Positions 1 through 11,416 are shown, counted from the first letter of the stretch. The stretch: 64,000 nt of DNA from Candidatus Bathyarchaeia archaeon (GCA_038883655.1 JAVZLQ010000001.1:96001-160000), one strand, 5' to 3'. The notes: generated from the letters alone by a model not told the origin. Numbers and translations: made by a program.

Positions 1-1200
1 AGCGCTCCGCAAATATTCTTCCAAAACGCCTTCGTACACATTTCTTGTTTGATTGGCTATCTCATCCCAATTATATTTCTCTCTAACTTTTTTGAAGGCA
101 TTGTTCCTTATCCAATCCGCATATTTCTCGTCTGTTAAAACCCTCGTTATCCCCCAAGCCAGCGACTCTGGATTGTTCACGTAGACTTTTACTCCATCAA
201 CGTCATGCTCAACGATTTCGGACAAGCCTCCAGTATCCGAAACCACAACCGGGCTTTTGGCCGCCATGGCCTCTAGGGCTACTATGCCGAAGGGTTCGAA
301 GAGCGATGGCACAACCGAGACGTCTGCGCATTTCTGCAGTTTTTTCAGCGTGTCATCATCAACGAATCCCGTGAAAATTACCTTGTGGGACAAGCCCATG
401 TTACCAATTAGGCTTGAAAGCTGCTCTTTCATATAGCCGTTGCCCACAATTATGAACTTCGCGTTAACCTTTTCGAGAACCTTTGGAACAGCATTCACAA
501 GCACGTGAACTCCTTTTTCGTAGACGAGTCTTCCGACGAAGAGCACGATTTTCTCTTCTGGCAATGCGAATTTGCTTCTGAACTGCCGCAAGTCTTCTGC
601 TTCGTTTCTCGAGTATACTTCTACGTTTACGCCGTTTGGAACCATGACAAGCTTGTCTTCTGGAAGCCCAAAAGCCCACTTAACATGTGAAACCATGTAG
701 TTGCTGCAGCATATAACCTTCCAAGCCTCATAGGTTAGCCAAGCCTCGGTTTCATGAATCATTCGTTCATAATCAAAATGTATTCCATTTCTGCGTCCAA
801 TTTCTGTTGAATGGATTGTAGCCAAAAGTGGTTTCCTAAAAACATGTTTTAAGCCTATTCCCGCGTTCGCCACAAGCCAGTCGTGCGCATGGAAAATATC
901 AACTTTTCCGCCCAAACTGCGCACTATTGCCGCTGCTTCCTTTTGCATGTTAACATTCATCAAGTAAACCCATGTTGCAAAGTCTGGAGAGGGGTTCTTG
1001 TAGGAGTCAATCCTAAAAACTTCAACTCCACCATCCAAAACCTCGTGCTGCGGCGCCCCCGGAAAATCGCATGTAACCACATATACTTTGATGCCCTTTC
1101 GCGCTAAACTTTTGGATAAATTGTAAACATGAGGTGAGATTCCTCCGATGATTCTTGGCGGGAACTCCCAAGTGAGCATCATGACTGTCAGGTCTTTCAT
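1..1200 (-). CDS. Glycosyltransferase family 4 (glycogen synthase-like), 3' end outside the window
   Basis: Not in the ORF track. Read by hand from ATG at 1200: MKDLTVMMLTWEFPPRIIGG...HAHDW...LFEPFGIVALEAMAA. ATGA overlap with the upstream gene's stop. Confidence 0.9.
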   Translation of the reverse strand, partial: MKDLTVMMLTWEFPPRIIGGISPHVYNLSKSLARKGIKVYVVTCDFPGAPQHEVLDGGVEVFRIDSYKNPSPDFATWVYLMNVNMQKEAAAIVRSLGGKVDIFHAHDWLVANAGIGLKHVFRKPLLATIHSTEIGRRNGIHFDYERMIHETEAWLTYEAWKVICCSNYMVSHVKWAFGLPEDKLVMVPNGVNVEVYSRNEAEDLRQFRSKFALPEEKIVLFVGRLVYEKGVHVLVNAVPKVLEKVNAKFIIVGNGYMKEQLSSLIGNMGLSHKVIFTGFVDDDTLKKLQKCADVSVVPSLFEPFGIVALEAMAAKSPVVVSDTGGLSEIVEHDVDGVKVYVNNPESLAWGITRVLTDEKYADWIRNNAFKKVREKYNWDEIANQTRNVYEGVLEEYLRSA

Positions 1201-1832
1201 TTCGCGTTTTTGCCTCCAGCCACCGCGCAGTATATTTCCAAGATGCTTTTCAACCATCCTTGCGATTTTAGCTTTACCACGCTTATCTTTTCCAGTGGAA
1301 CCTTGTAGATTCTGAAAACTTCTTCTCGCATCCACTCTGATTTGACAATGAGCCTTTTAGCTTCATACATTCCAAGCCACTCAATGCTTTTTATAGCCAT
1401 ATTAAAAGGCGAGTTTGCCCCGTGTGAACGGTGCTCTTCAAGGCTTTCAACAGAATAGATGAATGGTATGCCAAGCGCCTTTTTCAAGGTTACAGCCGCT
1501 GGGATAAAATGCCAATCATGGGCATCTATCAAATCTACTTTTCTGTTTGCCCTATAATACACGTCTGCTGCTGCCCTTTCAACTTCTTGGTTTAATGTTA
1601 AGACCCATGTGAGCACGCCTATGTGTGTGCGCACAGGATTTGTTACTCTGTGTGTTTTTACGCCGTTTTGCTCGTTGGATTCTCCAGTCAAATAGTCATG
1701 GTACGTGACAACATGGGTTTCCACGCTATTTTTTGTAAGTTGTGTTGCCAACTTCTTAACGTAATATGCGAGTTGCCCCACAATTCTTGGAGGGTATTCC
1801 CATGAAAAGATTATTACGCGCATTGGTTTCAC
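1197..1832 (-). CDS. GT4 N-terminal-domain-only protein
   Basis: Has WEYPPRIVG and DAHDWH motifs but ends before the C-terminal nucleotide-sugar binding domain (no EPFG motif). Confidence 0.8.
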   Translation of the reverse strand: MKPMRVIIFSWEYPPRIVGQLAYYVKKLATQLTKNSVETHVVTYHDYLTGESNEQNGVKTHRVTNPVRTHIGVLTWVLTLNQEVERAAADVYYRANRKVDLIDAHDWHFIPAAVTLKKALGIPFIYSVESLEEHRSHGANSPFNMAIKSIEWLGMYEAKRLIVKSEWMREEVFRIYKVPLEKISVVKLKSQGWLKSILEIYCAVAGGKNAK

Positions 1833-2083
1833 TACGTGAAAAGCGCGCAGACCTTTATTATTCCACGTCCAGTGAGGTAGTATCGCTTTTTCCCATCGTT
1901 GTCCATGAAGCTTTCCACAAAACCCTCAATCTTATAGTTGTCAAGTGCTCGTTCAACCTCGCCAATGTCGAGCTGCAAAACTTGCGCCAGTTCTTCACTT
2001 CTCCTTGCCAAATCAGCGGCGGTAGCACATAAATTGTGCAGTGTCTGCAAAATTTTTTCTGATGTTGGGAGTTCCCCCATCAA
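1832..2083 (-). CDS. Small winged-helix protein
   Basis: 83 aa with an HTH-like core and a KRYYLTGRG wing motif; abuts the GT4 genes. Confidence 0.65.
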   Translation of the reverse strand: MMGELPTSEKILQTLHNLCATAADLARRSEELAQVLQLDIGEVERALDNYKIEGFVESFMDNDGKKRYYLTGRGIIKVCALFT

Positions 2084-2155
2084 ACTCTCACCCTTGAATG
2101 TTCAAACATAGTTTTGCGCTTTCCGCCTATAAATAGGTGCGTACATTTCGCAAGT

Positions 2156-3703
2156 TCATAAATACTTTGTTGCCTCTTGCACTTGCGTTTTAATTTCGGC
2201 GAACCTTTCACTTGCAACTTTAATTAGTAACCTCCTTAGCTCTTCTCCTTCTTGCTTTTCAACCCTAATCTTCTTCAGCTTATTCGCCAACTGTTTATCA
2301 TGAAGCGAATTTTCAACCCACTGTTCAAAGTCGCCGCGGTGCCAGTGAAATTCTATGGATTTTGCGTCTACTTTTTTGAGGGCGTTTATGAAGCCCTTTA
2401 GACTCCAAGCCATGAAGCCCGTAAACTTGTCTTTTCCAACGCCAGTGTAGAACAGGAACGGTTCATTGGCAGCTGAAATTGCAAGTTTTACTCTATTTTC
2501 GAAGTCCAAAGCCACAGCATGCGCGGTTACAAATGCGTCTGTGGGCGAGTTGAAGGGACTGAAGTAGGAGTGAACTTCTCCTGGTCCACCGCCAGCCATA
2601 AACATATAGTACAAGTGGTCACTTGTTTGCAAATAACGCCATATCCGCGTTAGGTCTTTGTCTTCAGCCTCCCTAATTAAAGGTTCAAGTCGCCTTATGC
2701 ATGTGTAATAAGCCCACTGCATCGTATTGCCAAGCCAGCAACTGGCGTCTCTTTCCAAGTCAGCCCATGAAACTGTTCCACCAAGCTCTGGAACGTCTAT
2801 CTCTCCAGAAACCGCGTATTTATCTACAACCTCTGACGGCGTAGCCATGTGCATGTGCCACCACTTCAAAATTTCCTTTGGCAAATGCCTCAAAAAATCG
2901 TGGATGCCAGTTTCTGGCCAGTGGTGTTCGCCGAAGGTTTCATAGTCTGGAAAGATGTTTACGCATTGTCCTGGTGTTGCCGCGAGCCAGCTTGCATATT
3001 TGTCTGCGGTTAGCGGCCACTCGCTCCACCATCTTGCCGAGAACCTAAACCCTATGTCGTCTGTCAGCTTGTAATTTCTTAGTAGAACTTTGATTTTTTG
3101 GCAGCTTTTGGGCTTGTAGAGGTAGTTTGGCGATTTCTCGTGAAGTATCCTTTCTACGCCTTCTGTGAATATTCCTTTGTATCCCATCTCTTCAGCTGTT
3201 TTTGCTATGGCGTTGTTATACAGTAGTTCCGTGTTCTCGAAGACTTTTGGCGTGTATCCAAGCAAATCCCTTACTGCTTGCTTGTGCATTTTCACCTGTT
3301 CGATAAATTCACTTCTTTCTGGGTATAGGCTTGCAAGAGAGTGGTAGTATGTTTGGCTTAGAAATTCTACGCATCCAGTTTCTGCGAGTTGTTTGAAGGA
3401 TTCTAGGAGGTCTTTGTTGAACATTTCACATTGTTCTAGGAAAATGCCAGATATGCTAAACGAAAATTTCACTTGCTTTTTCTCCCTTTTATGCGCGTCT
3501 ATCAGCTCGAGCAATATCTGGTTTGATGGAAAATAGCATTTTCTACACGCTCTGTCGAAAACTTCTCTATTCACAACATTGTCAAAATAATATTCGAATA
3601 GCTCATTTTTCTTTACATGCCTAAACGTTTTGTTTTCCCAGAAAAAGTTCTTCTTTAGGCGATGTGGCTGGTGAACTTCGAATACAAACACTATGTCTGT
3701 CAA
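2156..3703 (-). CDS. Glycoside hydrolase family 57 (alpha-amylase-like) with a DUF5752-like C-terminal domain
   Basis: FEVHQP, ENTELLY, DYETFGEHHW and QTSDHLYYM motifs; C-terminal SIEFH..RGDFEQWV segment. Confidence 0.9.
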   Translation of the reverse strand: MTDIVFVFEVHQPHRLKKNFFWENKTFRHVKKNELFEYYFDNVVNREVFDRACRKCYFPSNQILLELIDAHKREKKQVKFSFSISGIFLEQCEMFNKDLLESFKQLAETGCVEFLSQTYYHSLASLYPERSEFIEQVKMHKQAVRDLLGYTPKVFENTELLYNNAIAKTAEEMGYKGIFTEGVERILHEKSPNYLYKPKSCQKIKVLLRNYKLTDDIGFRFSARWWSEWPLTADKYASWLAATPGQCVNIFPDYETFGEHHWPETGIHDFLRHLPKEILKWWHMHMATPSEVVDKYAVSGEIDVPELGGTVSWADLERDASCWLGNTMQWAYYTCIRRLEPLIREAEDKDLTRIWRYLQTSDHLYYMFMAGGGPGEVHSYFSPFNSPTDAFVTAHAVALDFENRVKLAISAANEPFLFYTGVGKDKFTGFMAWSLKGFINALKKVDAKSIEFHWHRGDFEQWVENSLHDKQLANKLKKIRVEKQEGEELRRLLIKVASERFAEIKTQVQEATKYL

Positions 3704-3848
3704 AGCTTAGCCTCTATCCCATTTTATCGCTGTATGTTATTTTAGCTTATTTGCTTAGTTCAACGCTGTTTTAGTAATTTTTATATTTGATTCGGATTTT
3801 GAATTCATAATTTATTTATCCGTTGCACCACATCTCCATAACACAAAG

Positions 3849-4571
3849 GTGAAACGTTTGTCAATTGAAAAACTGAAAGTTGAAAGCCACCAGGAACTAG
3901 AACAGCTAATAACCAGCGAGATAAATAAGGTGGAGAAAAACCTAACAGTCATCTGCAGTAACATACCAATAAATGATAAAGCAACTCTGGACATTCTGTG
4001 CCACGACGATAATGGGCAACTGGTCATAGTGCAGGTAAGCGTCGAAGAAGACGACACCATGTTCTTACATGGAATCCAAAGCATTGATTACGTTGACAAG
4101 TTCAAATCCTTCCTAAAAGCAACGTACAACAAACACAAAATCGACGACAAAACCAAACCGAGACTAATACTTATTGCGCCACACTTCTCAGATGCTTTAC
4201 GCCTTGCCGTAGAGGGAATGAAAGGCATACGCGTTGACCTGTACGAGTGGGAATATCTAAAGCTCGGAGACCATAAGGGGCTCCACCTCCAACCCATTTT
4301 TACTTGGGCGCCACCTGAGAAGCCGAGGGAAAAAGAGGAAAAAACAGTTGAAAAGAAACGTGAGCCAAAACCCATAAAAAAGAAAGAGCCGCCTATGCAA
4401 ACGCCTCCAGTTGTTGAGAAGAAGGAAGAACCAAAACCAACACCGCCACCAGTGAAGGAACCACCGAAAGAGGAGCTTCCGCCGTTTCCGCCACCACCAG
4501 AGCCAAAAGAGGAGAAACCAGTTAAGCAAGAACCAACAGAGCAGCCAAAGAGAAAACTAAAGCTGTTCTAA
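3849..4571 (+). CDS. NucS/DUF91-like PD-(D/E)XK-fold protein with a Pro/Glu/Lys-rich tail
   Basis: LDILCHDDNGQLVIVQVS and PRLILIAP resemble the NucS C-terminal fold; low-complexity tail. Confidence 0.6.
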   Translation: MKRLSIEKLKVESHQELEQLITSEINKVEKNLTVICSNIPINDKATLDILCHDDNGQLVIVQVSVEEDDTMFLHGIQSIDYVDKFKSFLKATYNKHKIDDKTKPRLILIAPHFSDALRLAVEGMKGIRVDLYEWEYLKLGDHKGLHLQPIFTWAPPEKPREKEEKTVEKKREPKPIKKKEPPMQTPPVVEKKEEPKPTPPPVKEPPKEELPPFPPPPEPKEEKPVKQEPTEQPKRKLKLF

Positions 4572-4605
4572 AACATCGCTTCGCCGTTTCTGCCCTTTTA
4601 CTTAC

Positions 4606-5919
4606 TTGGACGGTTTCTGTTTGAGAATCGGTTTCTTTGTCTGGGAGTATCCTCCCGCGCTTGTCGGCGGCCTGGGCACGTACGCCGACTACATTACACG
4701 TGAATTTGTTTCCATGGGACATGACGTAACCGTTTTTACACTTAATCCTGGAAACTTGAAAACCCGCGAAATTGTTAGGGGCGTTGAGGTTCACAGACCC
4801 TTAATTGTGAACGCCAGCAACGTCTTTCCAATGTTCGTTATTGACGACTTAAAGAAGTGGGGAACAAACATTCGCTTGTTCAACGACATCTTCATATACA
4901 ATATTCTGAGCGCAACAAAATTCATAAACAGTATGTTGAAAAAGGAATGTTGCAACTACGACGTTGTATGTGTTCATGACTGGCTTAGCAGCATCGCTGG
5001 AATCCTCGTGAAAAACGAAACAAAAGTTCCAGTTGTCTTCCACGTTCACAGCACCGAATGGGGTCGAAGCGGAGGACACGGCTCCGAAGTGGTCTCGTAC
5101 TTAGAGTGGGAGACAGCCCAAAAAGCCGACAGAATAATAACCGTAAGCCACGCCATGCAGGAAGACCTTGTCCGACATGGATGGCCAAAATCGAAAATAA
5201 GCGTTGTATGGAACGGTGTTGACCCAGAACGCTATAACCCCAAAAACTGTAGGGCTGAAGAAGTTGAAGCCATACGCAACAAATATAACATAAAACCAGA
5301 CGAAAAGATGATTCTCTTTCTCGGCAGGCTCACATGGGTTAAAGGCGTCACAAACCTTATCCAAGCAATGCCCCTTATCTTAAGCGAATACCCAAACGCC
5401 AAACTTGTGATTTTGGGCAAAGGCGAACAACAAAACGACATCGTTGAAGCTGCAGATAGGCTTGGAATAAGTAAAAACGTCATCTGCAGATTCGATTTTG
5501 TTCCAGAAAAAGAACGCATACTGCACTACGCAGCTGCGGATGTCTGCGTTTTTCCATCCACTTACGAGCCATTTGGAATAGTAAGCCTGGAAGCCATGGC
5601 GATGGCAAAACCAATAGTTGTTGGCGCACAAGGCGTGGTCGGTTTCAGAGAACAGGTTGCACCATACGGCCCAGACCAGAACGGAGTACACGTGAACGGT
5701 GGAAACCCAGCGGACATCGCATGGGGAATAAAAGAAGTTCTGTGCGATTTAGAAAGAGCCAAAAGGTGGGGAGAAAACGGCAGAAAACGTGTCCTGCAGT
5801 ACTTCACGTGGAGGAAAGCCGCTGAACAAACCCTAGAAATATACAGCAAGCTTCAGCATCCGAAAGAGCAAGACGAGTATCGCGTCGTAGATCTCATGGA
5901 AAAAATTACAAGAGCATAA
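4606..5919 (+). CDS. Glycosyltransferase family 4 (glycogen synthase-like)
   Basis: WEYPPALVGGLG, VHDW and YEPFGIVSLEAMA motifs. Confidence 0.9.
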   Translation: MDGFCLRIGFFVWEYPPALVGGLGTYADYITREFVSMGHDVTVFTLNPGNLKTREIVRGVEVHRPLIVNASNVFPMFVIDDLKKWGTNIRLFNDIFIYNILSATKFINSMLKKECCNYDVVCVHDWLSSIAGILVKNETKVPVVFHVHSTEWGRSGGHGSEVVSYLEWETAQKADRIITVSHAMQEDLVRHGWPKSKISVVWNGVDPERYNPKNCRAEEVEAIRNKYNIKPDEKMILFLGRLTWVKGVTNLIQAMPLILSEYPNAKLVILGKGEQQNDIVEAADRLGISKNVICRFDFVPEKERILHYAAADVCVFPSTYEPFGIVSLEAMAMAKPIVVGAQGVVGFREQVAPYGPDQNGVHVNGGNPADIAWGIKEVLCDLERAKRWGENGRKRVLQYFTWRKAAEQTLEIYSKLQHPKEQDEYRVVDLMEKITRA

Positions 5920-5937
5920 AGAAAAAGGGAAAATTCG

Positions 5938-7167
5938 TTAAGCTTTTTTCGCAGCGGCTTTTTCCAGCGCCACAACGCCTGGCAGTTTCTTTCCCATTAG
6001 AAATTCTATTAGTGCACCTCCAGCCGTGCTTACGTAGGATATTTTGCTTGATAATCCAAGTTCTTGCAGCGCTGCTATTGTGTGTCCTCCGCCAGCAAGC
6101 GAGAAAGCCTTTGAATTTGCAATTTCCTCAAATATTCGCTTTGTTCCGAAAACAAACTCGATTCTTTCGAAGACCCCCATTGGCCCGCTTACAACGATGG
6201 ACTTTGCATTTCTAATTATTTTCGCGTATTCCTCAACTGTTTTCGCTCCAATGTCAAACATTTGATAGTTCGTGGGCAAAGCGTCAACGGTAATCTCCTT
6301 CCTTTTTCCATCAGCTTCTACAGCAACGTCCACCGGCGTCTTTATCTTGCCTGGATACTTTTGCATAAGCTCCTTTATTCCAGGTATTAAGCCCGTAAGC
6401 TCCTTTTTTTCTAGGAATTCCATGTTTGGTTTTCCAAGGTCAACGCCCTTCGCCGCTAGGAATAGTTGACCGATAACGCCGCCTGTGAGCACATAGTCTG
6501 CTATGTTATTGCCTAAAACATACTTTGATATCTCAAGTGAGTCGTCGCCTTTTGCTCCGCCGAAGATGAAGACGCATGGTTTTTCTGGTTTTTCAAGCAC
6601 TCTGCTTAAGGATTTGAGTTCTCTCTCCATTATACGTCCAGCGACACTTGGCAGAACCGCCGTAAAACCTATGATCGAAACGTGTGCTCTGTGTGCTGCT
6701 GCAAATGCATCATTCACAAAGATGTCAGCTAGTGGTGCAAGGTTTTTGACAAGCTCTGTTTCCGCGTGCTGTTCTGGTGTCCCCTCTTTTGTTTCTCCAG
6801 CAAAGTTTCTAACATTGTCCAGGACAAGTATTTCGCTGCTTTTCAATCCTTTTATGGCTTCTTTGGCTTTTTCTCCGAAAACCTCATCAACATACTTAAC
6901 TGGTCTGCCTAAAATTTTTCCGAGGATTTCCGCGTGCTGTTTCAACGGTATAAAGTCTGGGTCACCCTTTCGTCCCTGATGCGCCAAAACAACAACTTTC
7001 GCGCCCTTTTCCGCCAACTCCTTTATCGTTGATTCGCCATGCGCTCGAATTCTCGAGTCATCCAAAATCTTTTTAGTTTCCGGGTCTACCGGCGAGTTGA
7101 AGTCAACCCTAACAAGCACAACTTTATCCCTGACTTGAACATCATCTAGAGTTAGACATTTTGCCAT
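5938..7167 (-). CDS. pgk: Phosphoglycerate kinase
   Basis: RVDFNSP, HQGRKG, NDAFAAAHR and STAGGA motifs. Confidence 0.97.
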   Translation of the reverse strand: MAKCLTLDDVQVRDKVVLVRVDFNSPVDPETKKILDDSRIRAHGESTIKELAEKGAKVVVLAHQGRKGDPDFIPLKQHAEILGKILGRPVKYVDEVFGEKAKEAIKGLKSSEILVLDNVRNFAGETKEGTPEQHAETELVKNLAPLADIFVNDAFAAAHRAHVSIIGFTAVLPSVAGRIMERELKSLSRVLEKPEKPCVFIFGGAKGDDSLEISKYVLGNNIADYVLTGGVIGQLFLAAKGVDLGKPNMEFLEKKELTGLIPGIKELMQKYPGKIKTPVDVAVEADGKRKEITVDALPTNYQMFDIGAKTVEEYAKIIRNAKSIVVSGPMGVFERIEFVFGTKRIFEEIANSKAFSLAGGGHTIAALQELGLSSKISYVSTAGGALIEFLMGKKLPGVVALEKAAAKKA

Positions 7168-7232
7168 TTTTACTCCCTCTAAACCTTTATAAAATAAAAA
7201 ATTGGGGGCTCTAAATTTAAGCCTTGAAGCCT

Positions 7233-8246
<1,014 letters not shown>

Positions 8247-8306
8247 TTAAACCACCCTTATGTTATATCTGCTTTAAATACCCACATTTGCTAATTAATT
8301 TTTGCG

Positions 8307-9653
8307 CTAGCGAAGCTTCATTAAGACCATTTCAGCAGCCAAGACGAATGGCTCCCAAGTTTCGCATAGGGGCGGTGCGTAGGCTGTGTCTGCCTTGGCC
8401 AACTCTTTAACTGTCATCTGTTTTTGTATAGCTAATGATATGACGTTTATTCGCTGTGTTACCTCTTCTCCGCCGATTATCTGGGCGCCTATAACCCTTC
8501 CAGACTCTTTTTCAACGACCAGTTTCACTTTTATTGGCAGAGCGCCTGGATAATAGTCTGCCTTTGTTTTCGAAGAAATCGTTCCGGTAACGGTTTCAAT
8601 TCTCGCCCTTTGTGCAGCGTTTTCAGTTAAGCCCGTGGCGCCCACATCCATGTCGAAAAGTCTTGTCACGGCAGAGCCTAAAACTCCGGTGAAAAGCGAG
8701 TATCCTCCAGCTGCGTTTATTCCAGCAACCTTTCCATGTCTAACTGCAACGGTGCCTAGTTGTTGAAGGGTTGGTCTCTGTGTGACGATGTGTATGGACT
8801 CTGCGCAGTCGCCAACAGCATAAACGTCTTTTGCGCTTGTTTCCATTCTTGCGTTTGTTTTGATGGCTCTGGTTTCTCCCAAATCTATTTTCGCGTTCAC
8901 GGCAAGTTGCGTGTTTGCTCTTACGCCAAAGGCGCTTATGAACAGGTCTGCGGTTATCTGTTCGCCTCCAGCGACGATGCCGGTTACTTTTTCTGTTCCG
9001 AGGAACTCTTCAACACCCTTTCCAGTTAGAATGTTGATTCCCCTTTGTTGAAGCATTTCTTGGACAACCTTAGCCATGTCAGCGTCCAGCATCTGCGGCA
9101 AAATTTGGGGCAGCAACTCCACAACAGTCACGTCCAAACCTCTTTCTTTTAGGGCTACGGCTGTTTCTAAGCCAATTAAGCCAGCGCCCATAATCACCGC
9201 TTTCCTTGCCCCTTCCTTGACTGCTTGGGCAATTCTTTCGCCATCCTCTATTGTGCGAAGTGAGTGGATGCCCGCTTTTTCTCTGCCTTTGATCGGTGGG
9301 ATGAAACTGCTTGCACCCGTTGCTATTATTAGGCTGTCATATGCGATGGTTTCGCTTTTGCCATCCTTGTCTAAGGTCTCAACGGTTTTTTTCCCAGTAT
9401 CTATCGCGGTGACTTTTGTTTCGGTTTTTAGGTTCAGCTTCATCATTTGGAAGTACGACGGCGGAAACACGATGAGGTTTTGGAAGCTTGGTATTTGCCC
9501 ACCTAGGACGAAGGGTAGCCCGCAACGTGAATAGCCAGCATGCTTCTCTTCAGTTATCAATGTTATCTCCGCAGTCCTATCGGTTTTTCTTGCCGCCGAG
9601 GCTGCGTCGACCCCCGCTGCGTGCGCTCCAATTATAACTATGTGTCTTGGCAT
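8307..9653 (-). CDS. FAD-dependent pyridine nucleotide-disulfide oxidoreductase (CoA-disulfide reductase/NADH oxidase family)
   Basis: GAHAAG, YSRCGLP (single redox Cys), GAGLIGLE and YAPP motifs. Confidence 0.88.
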   Translation of the reverse strand: MPRHIVIIGAHAAGVDAASAARKTDRTAEITLITEEKHAGYSRCGLPFVLGGQIPSFQNLIVFPPSYFQMMKLNLKTETKVTAIDTGKKTVETLDKDGKSETIAYDSLIIATGASSFIPPIKGREKAGIHSLRTIEDGERIAQAVKEGARKAVIMGAGLIGLETAVALKERGLDVTVVELLPQILPQMLDADMAKVVQEMLQQRGINILTGKGVEEFLGTEKVTGIVAGGEQITADLFISAFGVRANTQLAVNAKIDLGETRAIKTNARMETSAKDVYAVGDCAESIHIVTQRPTLQQLGTVAVRHGKVAGINAAGGYSLFTGVLGSAVTRLFDMDVGATGLTENAAQRARIETVTGTISSKTKADYYPGALPIKVKLVVEKESGRVIGAQIIGGEEVTQRINVISLAIQKQMTVKELAKADTAYAPPLCETWEPFVLAAEMVLMKLR

Positions 9654-9668
9654 TGTTCTGTTCCTTCT

Positions 9669-10079
9669 TTACTTGATTAAACTCTTGTGCCATTCCACTG
9701 CCTTGTTGAAGTCCATTATGTTTGCCAGTTCAGCCTGAAGATTGGATGGCTTTACAAGCAGTAGCCAACCCTTCCCATACGGGTCTTCATTCAAAATTTC
9801 TGGTTTTGACTGGACTTCAGTGTTGACTTCTAAGACTGTTCCGCTTATTGGCGCGACGAGGTCTGAAACCGCTTTAACGGACTCAACTGTTCCGTAGGGC
9901 TCGTTTTGTTTTATTGTTGTCCCTGGACTTGGGAGTTCTGCGTAGACGATTTCGCGGAGTTGTTTTTGTGCATAGTCTGTTATACCGATGCGCACGTTTT
10001 CTCCTTCGATTTTTGCCCACTCAAAATCCTTCGTGTAGTAGAGGCCTTCTGGCACCTCGTATCCGTCAACCTTCACCAT
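9669..10079 (-). CDS. gcvH: Glycine cleavage H protein (lipoyl carrier)
   Basis: GITDYAQ, VESVKAVSD (lipoyl-Lys) and DPYGKGW motifs. Confidence 0.95.
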   Translation of the reverse strand: MVKVDGYEVPEGLYYTKDFEWAKIEGENVRIGITDYAQKQLREIVYAELPSPGTTIKQNEPYGTVESVKAVSDLVAPISGTVLEVNTEVQSKPEILNEDPYGKGWLLLVKPSNLQAELANIMDFNKAVEWHKSLIK

Positions 10080-10196
10080 GTTGTTTTCACCTCTTAATTA
10101 GTTGTTATTCTTTTGCGTTTCAACCATTAAAAATTAACTGTTATCTTGCGCTATTGTTAAGTCAAAATAGGTGTTAGAAACGTCAGCCTTGCAGTT

Positions 10197-11276
10197 TCAT
10201 CTGCCCCTTTTTCCGCTTATGTACTCTTCAACCCACACCTTTGCCTCTGGGTCTGGCACTTGAATTGGCGGATGTTTGAAGGCGTATGATGATATACTTA
10301 TTAGTGGTCCCGCGATTTTGCGGTCCAAAGCCAACTTCACAGCTCTTATCACGTCGATTACGACACCAGCGCTGTTCGGCGAATCCTCAACTTCAAGCTT
10401 AACAGATATTGTTAATGGTCTGTCACCAAACTTTCTACCCTTAAGCCATATGTAACATATCTTCTTGTTCCCTAGGAAAGGCACGTAGTCTGATGGTCCT
10501 ATTCGCGTTGGCAAGTCGTATGGCACGAGGCTTTTTACAGCTTCTGTTTTGCTTATGCGCTTTGTTTTTAGGCGTTCCTCGACGGTCATGTTTAGGAAGT
10601 CTGTGTCACCTCCAAGGTTAAGCTGGTAGGTTTCGTCAACTATTACGCCTCTGTCAACGCAAAGCCTAACAAGGTTCCTGTGCAGTATAGTCGCGCCCAA
10701 CTGGCTTTTTATGTCGTCTCCAGCAACTGGCAACCCTTTCTCCTCGAATTTTTTGCTCCACGCTGGGTCTGAGGCTATAAATTCTGGCATGCAGTTTATG
10801 AAGGCGCATCCAGCATCTAACGCCGCTTGGGCATAAAAACGTGTGGCATTCCAGCTTCCAACAGGCAAATAGTTGACTAAGACTTCTGCTTTAGCTTCTT
10901 TCAAAACTTTTATGACATCGTCCTTTCGGGTTTGGCTGTCATTGTAAACGTTGAAAGGCGCTTTCATGTGTTCAGCTACGCCGTCCAATATTGGTCCAGG
11001 CGAAACCTTCACGCCTAAATGCGGAACTTCTGCAAACTTTGCCACACAGTTTGGTTCAGTGAATATTGCTTCAGAAAGGTCTTTTCCAATTTTGTTCTTG
11101 TTCACGTCAAACGCCGCGACGAATTTCACGTCTCTTACGTGGTATCCTCCAAAGTTAACGTGCATAAGTCCTGGAACAGCCTCGTCTTCCTTCGCGTTCT
11201 TGTAGTATTCTATTCCTTGAATTAGAGCTGAGGCGCTGTTGCCAACGCCTACTATTGCGACGCGGATTTCTGGCAA
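10197..11276 (-). CDS. ino1: myo-inositol-1-phosphate synthase
   Basis: GVGNSASALIQG, GDDIKSQLGAT and DSPNSAG motifs; likely TTG start at 11276. Confidence 0.95.
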   Translation of the reverse strand: MPEIRVAIVGVGNSASALIQGIEYYKNAKEDEAVPGLMHVNFGGYHVRDVKFVAAFDVNKNKIGKDLSEAIFTEPNCVAKFAEVPHLGVKVSPGPILDGVAEHMKAPFNVYNDSQTRKDDVIKVLKEAKAEVLVNYLPVGSWNATRFYAQAALDAGCAFINCMPEFIASDPAWSKKFEEKGLPVAGDDIKSQLGATILHRNLVRLCVDRGVIVDETYQLNLGGDTDFLNMTVEERLKTKRISKTEAVKSLVPYDLPTRIGPSDYVPFLGNKKICYIWLKGRKFGDRPLTISVKLEVEDSPNSAGVVIDVIRAVKLALDRKIAGPLISISSYAFKHPPIQVPDPEAKVWVEEYISGKRGR

Positions 11277-11416
11277 ATATAACACTCTCTTTTGAAGGCG
11301 TTTTGTCAATGGTTTAGGTTTGAGCAGCTCTTAACTTTTTCTAGGGCATAGCAAAATTAAAAGGGAACATTAAACGAGAAGAGCTCAGAGAAGACCCGTT
11401 TAGGAATGGTGTTTGC

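Noticed and set aside
4320-4560. Repetitive-looking DNA
   Set aside because: Explained by Pro/Glu/Lys codons, not a CRISPR or tandem array.
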